From NCBI RefSeq assembly GCF_009914755.1, contig NC_060926.1: a DNA stretch of 64,000 nt, one strand, 5' to 3'. Shown piece by piece: positions 14,399-26,899 of the stretch. The first letter of the stretch is position 1. Each line of letters starts with the position of its first letter. Below the pieces are notes generated by a model. The model saw only the letters and a list, made by a program, of their open reading frames with translations, ran no database searches and was not told the origin of the DNA. The position numbers and the translations under genes were made by a program. This DNA comes from the human T2T-CHM13v2.0 reference genome, Homo sapiens.

Positions 14399-14720
14399 GT
14401 CCGTTGTAGGGACATGGAGGAAGCTGGAAACCATCATTCTCAGCAAAGTATCGCAAGGACAAAAAACCAAACACCGCATGTTCTCAGTCATAGGTGGGAA
14501 TTGAACAATGAGAACACATGGACGCAGGAAGGGGAACATCACACACCGGGGCCTGTTGTGGGGTGGGGGGAGGAGGTAGGGATAGCATTAGGAGATATAC
14601 CTAATGTTAAATGACGAGTTAATGGGTGCAGCACACCAACATGGCGCATGTACACATATGTAACTAACCTGCACGTTGTGCACATGTACCCTAGAACTTA
14701 AAGTATAATAATAAAAAAAA
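14399..14720 (+). mobile_element. 5'-truncated young L1PA (about L1PA3-5) 3' end
   Basis: Near-consensus GTAGGGACATGG...GCACATGTACCCTAGAACTTAAAGTATAATAATAAAAAAAA; short flanking repeat AAAAAGG. Confidence 0.92.
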
Positions 14721-15369
14721 GGCTGTTTATAAGACATCCACTTTAACTAGAAAGAGGGAGATACGTTGAAAGTAAAAAGACGAAAAAAAAAGGCAAAAAC
14801 TAATCGTAGGGGAAATCTAATAACAAGAAAGCCAGTGTGACTATGTTAGTATCAGATAAAGTAGACTTCAAGATAAAGGCTATTACTCAAAATGATAATT
14901 TTATAATGTCAAAAAGGTCAATCTATAAAGGAGACATAATAAAAGTTTGTATACATTTAGTGACATAGCCTAAAAATACTGAAACAAAAAATTAATGAGA
15001 AAACAGAAAAGCATATAAATACATCATCTCTAATAATAATTGAAGAAAAAAGTTGATTCTGTTTGAGTAATTGCTACAAGTAGACAAAGAATATATACAT
15101 ATGTAAAAGATTGGGACATCTCTATTAACGAGTTTGGACTAACTGATGCTTATAGAACCCTACTCTCAAAGATAACAGAATAAACATTAATTTCAGGCAG
15201 ACATAGAGTAGTAAAAAAATAAGCTAAGACTTAATAAATTTTAAATATTTAAGTTTTATATAATCTGATCTCTGATCACAATGAAATTAAACTAGAAATC
15301 AATAGTTAAAAGATAATCAAAAAATATCCCAGATGCTTGTAAATTAGGCAACACACTTATAAAACCATA

Positions 15370-15845
15370 TGGGCCAACACACACACAAAAACCTGTGTAT
15401 GAATGTTCATAGCAGCATTATGTATGGTAGTCAAGAAAGGAAATTCCCAAATGTCTGCCAGATGAAGAATAAAGAAAATATGAGCTATATACAATGCAAT
15501 ATTATTTGGCAATAAAAATGAAGTACTGATAGATGCTACAACATGAATGAACCTCAAAAACGTTGTGCTAAGTGAAAGAAGCCAGTCACAAAACAGTGCA
15601 TATTGTATGATTACATTAATATAAAATGTCCAGAATAGACAAATCCACAGAAACAGAAAGAGATTAGCAGTTGCCAGCGTTTGCAGGAAAGAAGGAATAG
15701 GAAATGACTGCTAATTGGGACAAGATTTCTTTTGGGGGTGATGAAAATATTCTGAAATTAGATTTAATGATGGTTGTACTTCTGGGCATTTTATACCAAA
15801 AAGGATTAATTTTATTATGAGTCAAATATATCTTAATAAAGCTAT
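15370..15845 (+). mobile_element. L1MB7/8-like 3' end inserted in the older L1
   Basis: GCTAAGTGAAAGAAGCCAGTCACAAAA, GGGGGTGATGAAAATATTCTGAAATTAG, ATATCTTAATAAAGCT. Confidence 0.8.
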
Positions 15846-16489
15846 TGTTGTTTTATTCACAATGAAAATTATTAAATATTTTGAATTGAAAAATAACCAC
15901 TTTAGAATGTATGGGATGAAGTTAAGTCAGTGCTTAAAAACAAACACATAGATTTAAATGCACATATTTAAGAAAGGAAATGTTTAAAATAATTTATCTA
16001 AGCTTCCACCTCAGGAAGAAACAAAACAGATTCAATCAAAGACAGGAAATAAAAAAATAAGAACAAATAAAATTAAACAGAAAACAGACAAATAATAGTA
16101 ACATGAACAAAACTAAATGTAGGTTCTTACATAAATTGATAAACTTGATAAATTTCTAGCCGAACATCAATAAAAAGACAAAAAGCACAGATTAACAATA
16201 CTAAAGAAAGAGGGACGTAACTACATGCATTATAAAAGGTTAATAAAGTAATATTATAAAACAAATGTATGCCAACAAATTCAACAATGCAGATGAAAGA
16301 AATAAACTCCCTGAAAAACACAACTTACCAAAATGGACACAAAAATTTAGGATGCAAGTGTAGTTAATATTAAAACATCTTTGTGTAATGGAATCTATTT
16401 AAAAACTAAAAATAAAAATAGAAGAAATAATAAGGGAAAGACTGATCAATTCGCCTACCTGAATAGTAACGATGCCTATAACAATTTAT

Positions 16490-16735
16490 GCCAGATATTT
16501 ATCATTTCTGATACTTTTCATTACTTCTTGAAGATCTGAGTTTTCATTTGGCAATATTTCCCTTCACCCTAAAGAACTTAGTTTGGCACTTCTTGTAGTG
16601 CATATTTCAGGAAAAGTTTCCTTAGTGTTATTTTATCTGAAAATATTATATTTTACCTTGTATTATATAAAAATAAAAATAAAAATAGTTTTGTTTTTCC
16701 TGGGTATAGAATGCTGGGTTAACAGTTATAATCAA
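16490..16735 (-). mobile_element. L1M ORF1 antisense fragment
   Basis: CCCTAAAGAACTT...TCTTGTAGTGCA...CTGGGTATAGAATGCTGGGTTAACAG. Confidence 0.65.
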
Positions 16736-16746
16736 TCCATTTGTCT

Positions 16747-16779
<33 letters not shown>
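16747..16779. repeat. (TG)n microsatellite
   Basis: Directly visible. Confidence 0.95.
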
Positions 16780-16879
16780 ACATATACATGTATATCATGT
16801 ATATCATTGGAATTTAATAAACAGTATGCTTAATTGTATTCATTTGATCTTATTTCATGGCTTAATTTGTAGTTTCCCT

Positions 16880-17000
16880 TTTTCATTAAAAAAAGTGTAT
16901 CGAGTCTCCTCTATGTGCCAAGATCTTCCAGAATCTTAAGATGTATCAGAGAACAAACAAGGCAAAAATATCTGCCCTTATAGAACTTACATTCTAGTGG
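16880..17000 (-). mobile_element. L2 3' end fragment
   Basis: CTATGTGCCAAG...CTGCCCTTATAGAACTTACATTCTAGTGG. Confidence 0.7.
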
Positions 17001-18054
17001 TTGCCAATCACTCTATTTTCCCCTTTTAAATTAGTATGTTCTCTTCTATTATTTCATTCCTTTAGTAGTGAAATTACTTTCCCCATCATTTGTAATTATA
17101 CACACAGTTCTCTGTTATTATGTGAAAACACAATGCTGCCTATTTGTGTAATGGAGAACCACCAAGATGCTCCTTATAAACCACAATTTAACCCCATACA
17201 ATAAGATGATGTCTTACAATAGTCTTTCTTACTCCACCTCATCTTCTCTACTGTTGATGAGATCTGTGAAATACTTTTACATCTTCTCCTCCACCTTAAC
17301 CCAACTCCTAAGTCTCCCCAAGATAGTTCAATTTGTTCTAGGCTATCATAATCTCCCTTTCATTACAATCCATTTTCTTCAATTACTGATAGTTTGAATT
17401 CTCAGCTGTGAATTACCTGTCTTTTCACTGATGTGTTTCTCAAGTATTTTTCTCAAGTGGTTTAGTTGAAATCAACATCTAACCACACATACCTATCTTT
17501 CTTTTACTAGATATACTTTTTTTGATATTATCCTTTTCTCTCAGCAATCTGCAAGTGGAATTTACTGTCATTTACTTTTCAATAGTTCAAAAACATGTCT
17601 GATTCCATTTGAATTATTTTTAGGAGCTCACATTTTCCATCTAGAAGTTTCCATATATTTTTCTCTTTATCCTTACGAGGTCAAGAATCTTGTTAGCATA
17701 TATCTTTCTCATTACTACTTCAAGAAGCTTAATGCAGTTTTTTCATTCTGTACAAGCCAATCTTTCTCCAGTTAATGGAAGCATCCTTCAGTCATTAAGA
17801 TAGTTATTGTGTATCTCCCATCACACAGTTTCCTTTGTATAAAACGTTTCCTTTTCACCTTCTAAAACTCTTGTGACTTAGATGCTAAGTTTCTGAAATG
17901 GATCCTCCAGATTTCATAGCTTTCCCTTCAAATTTTCTCTTTTTTCATGTTTTGGTCTGTACTTTGAGATAATATTCTTTCGTTCACCTTTTCAGGCCAC
18001 TAGTTTTAGTTGTAACAATAATCATTCCATATTTCAACTCACCTACTGAATTTT

Positions 18055-18185
18055 CCACCTATTGGGTATAATAGATATGGTTCTGGTGATGGGTACACTA
18101 AAAGCTCACACTTCACCACTATGCAATATATCCATGTAACACAACTGTACTTGTACCCCTAAATGAATAAAAGTAGATTTTTAAA
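18055..18185 (+). mobile_element. L1PB-like 3' terminal fragment
   Basis: GGTGATGGGTACACTAAAAGCTCACACTTCACCACTATGCAATATATCCATGTAACACAACTGTACTTGTACCCCTAAAT. Confidence 0.8.
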
Positions 18186-20590
18186 AATTAAATTAAATTT
18201 TTATTCTAGGAAGTCTTATTTTGTGCTGAGCTGCAATCATTGCAGTTTTTTTTTTTGTTTTTTTTTTTTTTTTTTTTTTTTTTTACCATATTGTTGTCCT
18301 ATATTATTGCTTGAAACCTCAGCTGTCTCCATCAGAGATTATTTGTTGGTTGGTGAGTTGGTTGATTATTTGTTGGTTGGTGAATTTGTTGATTGGTTTT
18401 TGCCTGGTGATTGCCCTATTTAACCTCCCCTTGCTGGCTGCTTGGATTCCAAGTATGTGTGATTATGATGTTTTCCTGTGATCTCTTTAGGAATCACCTT
18501 TGGTTGCTGAAGCATCCAAAGTGGAAGAACTCTCAGAGGAAACGGAAGTTAAATCACCATCTTCTTCTGTGGCTAAACCTATAACAGTAAGAGGGCAGGA
18601 GGAAAATTCCTGACTATGACCTGGATTTCTCCTACTCTCTTAGCCTCTGGAGTAGGGATAACTCAATTCAACTTTTCTGCTCTGACTTGTATTTTGAAGG
18701 CCAAGGAAACAAGGCCCATGCACGCATGTGCGCGCGCACCTCCCCACCCCCCACACACACTCAGGTTCATTGTTTTCCCAATTCCCCAGCAGTTCACATA
18801 TTTCTGTAGACCAAGTCCTTTCCAGTATCCCCACAATCTTTTTTCAGAGGCTATCTTACCATGATCTCACCAAGCCCATGGCAGGATAGCCCTTCACAAG
18901 TTTCTTCCTAAGGATTCCTCAACCTGCAGAGCTAAAGACTTCTGTCCGATCTGGGAATCTACTGCCTTTCTCAGCCATTTGGACAGGTGAGCCAGAGGTA
19001 TTCTTGTTTAGAATGAAGAGAAAGTATGATGCTTTCTCCAAACATTTCCAGAATCCCTGTCTTTTATCTAAGTTCTTTCCTTATAATTTGCATTAAGATT
19101 TGTCAATATATAGGTTAAAATGATATAAAATTTATCTTAATAATTCTTCATTACTGGGGAAGTCATCAATTCAATATATACAATTTTTTTCTGTGTTCCT
19201 TTTATAAATTGCCTTCTCGTGTCTATAGTTCAATTTTCTGCTATCTATGAAATCAAAGAAAAATGCAACAAAATATATAACTAAATGCTAAGTGCTTTCA
19301 ATGCTGTAGAAAATTATCTTAAGATGTCTCAATCTTCCTTGGAGGAAGCAGACAGATGCCTGCATAATTGAGACTATGTGTGGCTTCTCAATTCTTTCTA
19401 GAAATGAGAAAAAAGCAAGACAGTGTTATAGACTTTGAATGGGTCAATGTCAACACTAATGTTTTAAAGTATTTGTAAGAAGATCAGAACCACTGATACA
19501 AGTAACCAGAGAAAGGGATATTTTTGCCTGAGTTTTTACAAGTACAGCTGTAAAACAAACAACAGGCATGGTCAAACAAATGACCATAAACAAGCAAAAT
19601 TCCACTAAATAAAAGAAGAAATAAGCAAGGATATAGAAAAAAATTGGAAAAATGGTGTTAATAAGCTACGTTGCTTGTTCTGTTCCATGACAATAATCTG
19701 AGTATTTATGTCTGTCAAGAATAGTTATTAGCACTTTCTTGGACACAAGCATTGTGATCTAAATTAATAAGCACACATAATTTAGTCCCATATTTTCATT
19801 AATTTATAGTTTACTGATTTGAGAACAGAGACATTTTATATATAGGACCAAGAAATATGTTGCATATCCTTCTCGTTTTTTGGAGGCAAAGCAGTACTAT
19901 AAAATATCATATTTCCCTATCATTTTTTGCCATCATTATACCACAGAAAACAGGTTGATACAGTGAAACTTGCAAATTCCCCATACCATGTATAATTAAT
20001 CCTCTAAGAAAGAGCTGAAAGAAAATAGTATAATAAATGTAAAGGAGAAGTCAATGCTATAAACATCTAATTTCATGAAATGAAATATTTCTACTTTTTA
20101 AAATAAAAGCTCTTTTATTACTAGAACACTTTGGAAGTGATGTTGTCTCCAATTTCAAAGGAAAAGAGCGTAAAACAAAACAGAGAAAAGAAATGTAATA
20201 GCAAATTAATGGAAAAGCCATATATATAACTAACTGCAATATGTATCATAAGTGAAAGGATTGTGGATAAGAAAGCTCAGCCTCCTCAGACTTGTGTGTG
20301 ATTTGACAGGGTGAATTCTGAGCTTGTGAGGTCTTGGGATTTAATTTCATGGCATGCATAAAAGTAATGCAAACCCATTCATCCTAGAAACAAAACACTT
20401 GCCATCACAGAGGCTGCCTGAGCCATGTAGACTTATTACAGTCATGTCTTTGGAGAGATGCCTCAGCACAGCTATGTACACTTAAAGTGTGAAACTAGGG
20501 CCATTTCTAAGCTGACAAAATTTTATAAAACCAGATATTTCATTTTTCCTAGGCATATGTAATCCTCCCTCTGCTATTTCCAGGAGCTGA

Positions 20591-20965
<375 letters not shown>

Positions 20966-20984
20966 TAATAATTGCAGTTTCCAT

Positions 20985-22780
20985 TTATCCATTCATTCAC
21001 TTAACACATATTTAGTAAATTTCTTCCTTGTGTATGATGTAAGGCTAAGTAAAAGTTTGTCAAAAATAAACGAGATGGACATAATCTTTGTCTCTTGGAG
21101 CTTTTGTCTAAGGACAGTAGGTGGGGTCGATGTTATGCAAATGATTAAAACTGTGGCAAGTAATAAAGGGAGAAGTACAAGGTATTGTAAAAATATATAG
21201 CCTGAGTCCTATAGGAATAACTAGGTAGGCTTATCAGATGTGATATTTAAGTGTCTTTCTTTAGGATATATAGGATGTGGCCAGGTGAAGGTTAGGATGA
21301 AGAGTTTTGTTTGTCTGTTTGTTTGTTTCAGCAAATAGAAGAGCATGGCAAAGTCCCTAAAGTGAAGAGCAGCAGGTGATCTGCAAGGTTTCATCCTCTG
21401 GAGCATTGAGGGCCACAATGGCACAAGTTGAGGCAGGAACTGAGTCTGTATTATGCAAGGCGTTACAGCCTGGACTATGGTTTCAGACCATTACTGAAAG
21501 TAACAGGATACTGCTAAATTAGGTTAGGTTCTAAATTGAGAAGTGTTGGAGATTAGCATTTGAAAAGGATGTACCTGACTTGTAAGTAAAGATTGGGTTG
21601 GAGGAATAAAATCTCAGGGGTGTGATGCTGGTTAGAGGCTATTGCCATAGGCAAAGTGAAAATGATGGTGGCACTGTCTAAGGTGGCGATGGTGAATACA
21701 GAAACGGTATAATCTTGTTGAGAGTTATTTGGAAGTCAGAGTCACCATGATTTAGTGATAGATTAGAAGTGAGGGTTGAAGGAGTGGGAAGAGTTAAGAG
21801 TCACTTTTATATTTCTGGCATGAGCCATGAAGTGAATGGTGGCATTATTTACTGAAATAAGTGATTCTGCAGGGAAAAGAGGAACAGATATTTGGGGAAA
21901 GACGTTAGTTTTAGACGCTGAGTTTCAGGTTTCTGAGACTTCTCAGTGGATGCATCTATAAAGTTACCTATGAGCCTAGAATGTAGAAGATAGGTTTGTT
22001 CTGAAAAGAAATATTTGGGCCAGGCGCAGTGGCTCATGCCTGTAATCCCAGAACTTTGGGAGGCAGAGGCAGGCAGAACACCTGAGGTCAGGAGTTCAAG
22101 ACCAGGCTGGCCAACATGGTGAAACCGTGCTCTACTAAAAATACAAAAATTAGCCGGGCATGGTGGTGGGCATCTGTAATCCCAGATACTCGGGGGGAGA
22201 TATCAAGATACTGAGGCAGGAGAATGAGGAATCGCTTGAACCCGGGAGGCAGAGGTTGAATTGAGCTGAGATCGTGCCACTGTATTCCAGTTTGGGTGAT
22301 GGGGCGAGACTCTGTCTCAAAAAAAAAAAAAGAAAAGAAAGAAAAGAAGGTAAGTAAAATCATAGGAGCATATGTGCTAAAGTTACTCAGAAAAGATAAA
22401 ATAAGAAGAGAATAATGCTTAGGGCTGAGCCCTGAAAAATTCCAAACGTTTTAGTGTAAAGGAGGCAGAATTAGAAAAAGGGGCTCAGACACTGGCCAGA
22501 GTAAAGTAAGGAAAAAAAAAAAGAAGAAAGTATGTCAAGAAGTGGAGTCTGCTAGTCAATGTCAAAATGTGCCCAAAAATCAGGTTAAATGGAAACTGGA
22601 AAGTGTCCATCATACTGACTGGCATGGAGGCCACCTTAGTGAAGCCATACTATGGAAGATGGGGCAAAGCCAGTGGTGGAGGTTAAAATGAACCTGGTCA
22701 GTGCGAAGGCAGAAAGTGGACAAAGTGGGTGGAAATATATCTTTAGAGTGCTTAATTGTAAAAGACAGAGTGGCCTTAGG
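20985..22780 (-). mobile_element. L2 element, interrupted by the Alu at 22018
   Basis: ATCCATTCATTCACTTAACACATATTTAG 3' end in antisense; typical L2 body TTAGAGGCTATTGC...GATTTAGTGATAGATTAGA. Confidence 0.7.
22018..22349 (+). mobile_element. AluSx-like with internal insertions in the right arm
   Basis: Dimeric Alu with A/GAAA tail; extra bases at ~22192-22230. Confidence 0.92.
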
Positions 22781-23655
22781 ACCATATATTATGAGGTGAG
22801 TGAGGCGAGGGTATGGTTGCCACCATGAGTACTTGGTTTTTAAAATGAAAAGCTCGAAATATTTAATTACCTATATGAAGGCTCCAGGGAGGAAGCGTGC
22901 ACTCATACCGAAGAGACATTAGATGAAGTCTTCATTGGATTGGGAGGATGAAGTTGAAGGTAGATCTGTGTGTTTGGTGACAGGAAGATCTGCCTGTTAG
23001 CTTATCTTTTCCCTGGGTTTGGTGTGGGGGTGGTGGGGAAACACAATCTTCTGCTGAAAATGAAGGAGAGGAAGCCATGGTGGAGGAGTGGGTGACACAA
23101 GGAAGTTACAGGACATTTGCAATAGATATTCAGAGAAGAGGAATGATCTAACTGAAAAGACTTAATTAAATTGCTAGGGAAGCATTGCGAGCTCAGTTCT
23201 TCCTTCCTGTCCTTCTTTCCTCTGCTCCTTATAGCACTGCAATCATTACAAAATTTAGATTACAGAAAACATCTGATAAACTTACACTGGAGTGCAAGAG
23301 ACTGCTGTGGTGTGTAACTTAGCCTGCTCTTTTGCTCTGATAATTTGTATTTTACTAGGAGTTCATATTATGGGCCCTCTAAAGACTTCCAGTTGTGAAA
23401 ATATCAGTCAGTCAATCTCTGAGAGAGAAATTTGGGGTGGGCGTGCCGACTAGAGTGTCTGTGGCCCAGGAATTGACACATCACACGGGCAGAAATAGAA
23501 GGGGATGCAGCCAGTTATTTGTGTGTCTCTTTCAAGGCCAGGTTTATCTCCAACTATTAACACTTGAATTTTAACTAGTCAATCAGTTTACCTTCTCAGT
23601 TACTCAGTAACTCTCAGACTTTCAGTAGCAGTTGGAGAATATTTTGATGTACCAG

Positions 23656-24208
23656 TGTTGTAACCGAGCGAGTTATAGAGAAACGCCACACTTTGAGACT
23701 AATTCAGGGGCCCTTTATTTGCTGGCGACCGAGAGACAGCTGGTGCTCAAAATTCTCTCGGCTCCAAAGAAGGGGCTAGATTTTCTTTTATACTTTGTTT
23801 TAGAAAGGGGAGAGGGAGCCTAGCTGAAGCAATCTTACAGAAGCAAAACAGGCAAAAAAGTTAACAAGATATATGGTTACAGAAAAACGAACAGTTCCAG
23901 GTGCAGGGGCTTTAAATCCATCACAAGGTGATAGATGCGGGGGCTTTGGGTGCTATCAACTGTACACAAACGTGGGCGCTGTGGGTACTATCAACAGGGC
24001 GAATTCCTGGGAACTGTGGATATAGCTTGCCACAGTATCTTATCAGTAATTGCATTCTTGGATGTGCTGGGAGTCAGCTTGCACAAGTTAAGTCCTTGTG
24101 GAAGGGGAGTGGGTAAGGGGCTGTAAGTGAAGGAGCCAAAATGGAGTCTCTCTGGCTCTCTCAGCTAAGGGAGAGTCAATTCAGGTTAAAACAAGGTAGG
24201 ATATCACA
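23656..24208 (-). mobile_element. Solo ERV1 LTR, LTR6A/LTR6B-like (HERV-S71/HERV-T group)
   Basis: TG...CA termini, exact 4-bp TSD CCAG (23652-23655, 24209-24212), minus-strand AATAAA at 23714-23719, CCGAGCGAGTTATAGAGAAACGCCACACTTTGAGAC signature; family name from recall. Confidence 0.8.
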
Positions 24209-24725
24209 CCAGTGGGAGGGAGCTAGCAGAAACCTGGAATGTGGGGTACTCTCCAAAATGGACAAATCCTGGTGAAGTTTTGTGGAAGGAGGCCCTAGGA
24301 AAGCAGAGAGCATTTTTATGCTAGCGGGGAGAGAGACTTAGAGACTGGAGGGTGCCACAATTTCTGAAGGTCACTCTGAGTTTTATGTGCAGGATGATGT
24401 TATTTATTATCTGACTGTTACCATTTCACGTATGACCTCAGGTGTCTGATGAGAGCAATTGTGCTCTCAATTCACATTGGAGTTGGGGTTGCTAATGTAA
24501 TTCCTTCAAGTGCAATGCAATTGTCATTCTGCCCAATTTGTTCCTGCCAGCTCTCTAAAGGGGAATGCTTATGGCCCTGGGAAGAGCTGACAGGAGGGAG
24601 AGGAAGCCTTTTGTCTTGCTGATTTTGTGGAGTAGGCCAAAGTCTGCATTAATCTGAGCAGGCATTTCTCAATCCAGTATCCTCAAATCTGTTTTGAAGG
24701 CTGAGTCAGGAGACTGCATGACGGT

Positions 24726-24907
24726 CAAGGCCAGACACATAATTTGCAAGGCCCAGGGCAAAACAAAATATCGGGTCTCTTACTCAAAAATTACTGTGTT
24801 AGGAATTTCAAGGCAGCAACAGTTGAGTTTTAAGCCAAGTGCAGGCCCCATCTGAGTGTGGGGCTCTGTACAACTACACAAGCTACAGAAGCATGAAATT
24901 AGCTCTG
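24726..24907 (-). mobile_element. MER45A hAT-Tip100 MITE
   Basis: CAAGGCCAGACACATAATTTGCAAGGCCCAG...GAATTTCAAGGCAGCAACAG...GCATGAAATTAGCTCTG. Confidence 0.7.
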
Positions 24908-24929
24908 ATGATAGTGTCTGTTATAACTT

Positions 24930-25094
24930 TGCCCTGGCTTCTAAATGTAGCTTAACTTATCATTAACTTTGACCTTAGGAAGGTCACTTAGCTCATTTAA
25001 CCTGCAATTCCTCAACTGTAAATTATTAAGCACAAAGATTTATTAAGCATCTATTTTATTCAACTACTGTACTAGTCACTGTTGTATTGCTATG

Positions 25095-25129
<35 letters not shown>

Positions 25130-25590
25130 ATTACCCTGTTGGAACTTATATAGTATCTGAAACAACTGAGAGTAATTTTAAAATTAGTAATTTAACTAAA
25201 ACTAGGATGAGAGCTACAATAAAGCTACAATAAAGAAGTACTCTGAATTGTGTTATGCATTTATAGATGACCTTTAGGGAATTATAACATGACTTCAGCA
25301 TAATCAATAGTCAATAGTATTGATAGAGCATAGTTAATAGTTAATAGTAAATCTTCCATTAATAGCATCACTTTACAAATATAATACTTATTTTGTGTTA
25401 GGAATATAAAAATTATGCTATACTAACTAAGTGAATACAACTGCCAAATGAGGTAATTGTTATTAATACACTTATTTTGCAAGTGAGAAAAATGAGGAAT
25501 GGGGTTATTAAATAACTTTTAAAAGACATTACCATGAATGAATGGTAGAGCTGGCTTTGATTTCAAGCCCAGTCTTGCATCCAGACATGA
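24930..25590. mobile_element. MIR and L2 fragments with (CA)n at 25097-25126
   Basis: TGACCTTAGGAAGGTCACTTAG (MIR +), TTTATTAAGCATCTA (L2 -), TTTTGCAAGTGAGAAAAATGAGG (MIR -). Confidence 0.55.
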
Positions 25591-26498
25591 GAGCCTTAAA
25601 TTAAGCTCCGATATTCCACCTCCTGGGACATAAAAAAATGATTGCATGGTGAAAAATAAAACCAGGCAACTCTCATTAACCCTGGAGAGGAATCTGAAGA
25701 CCTGGATCTTCTTTGTGTTTTTCCATGGACTGCTTTGTGAGAGAGTCTCCTAAAATTTTGATTCTTGTATTTCATCATTTCTCAGGCAAGGGTCCAGCTT
25801 CCCAACATCAGGCTTGATAAAAAAATGTTCCATATCTTATAGCATTTGCAAGGGGAGAAAAGTTGTAAGAAATATAACCACACATTTACTATTATACTTA
25901 CCTATCTATGATCTATTTACCTATCAATTATCTAGCTACTCACCTACTATCTACGGTTACATAAGTGATAATTTTAGTACTAACTAAATCAGTAGTTTTC
26001 TTCAACATATAATTAGTAATTAACTAATTAGCATTTCTTAGTAGATGTTGAAACCTGTCATTTCTCCTTAGGGTTGATTTAGCAGCTCTCCTGGCTTAGA
26101 TCTTTATTCTAGATTGAATGCTTGATCAGTCCTTGGAAAACTGATACACAGTATCTTGGTAGAGATGTGATTTATAAACATAAATTTTAATTTATTTTCT
26201 TTATAATGGAGACCACACTTGCTGTAGATTTTATAGTGTGGGTGACAATCTCTTGAGGTCTCAAAATTGAGTCTGTAAATCTTTGCTCATCTTTAACAAT
26301 CACGACATCTCATAGGACCAGGAAAATCTGCATGTAGAATGAATTTTTACATTCTAGAGCCTGGCTTTATGAAAGAAGGGAGGTTAAGTAACCTTAACAT
26401 TATCTATGCGTGGACAGTACTCATAGCCTTCTAGGTTGTCACCACAAAAGAATATGGAGGATGCTGCCTACTTCGTGCCAGGATATACTAAGACTTTT

Positions 26499-26650
26499 AA
26501 AACTCTATTGAGTTCATTGGATGCCTAAAGTGCTACAGATAGCTCCTTAAAGCTGTACAATTTCTTTAATTTATAAAAACTCTGCTGAGTACATTGGATC
26601 CCTAAAATGCTACACATAGCTCCTTAAAGTTGTATGATTACTTTAATTTA
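26499..26650. repeat. Two-copy 77-bp tandem duplication
   Basis: AAAACTCTATTGAGTTCATTGGATGCCTAAAGTGCTACAGATAGCTCCTTAAAG... repeated from 26576 with substitutions. Confidence 0.9.
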
Positions 26651-26899
26651 AATAAGTTCCATGAGACCTATTTGATCAGGTAACATAATTGGACTGAAAT
26701 CTGAGATTTATACTGTATATTCTTAACAGTTATAGTCCAAGGCAGCTGACTCAAAATCTGCAAAAATTCCAATGAAACATTTCTGTAAAAAAAGAAGTTT
26801 GACTTAATAAGAGAAATAAAAATAATTTTAATGTAAATAGAAACTATTGACATTTTGTATTGTAGCTTCTGAATACTGTCAGAATTTGAACCTGAAAAT

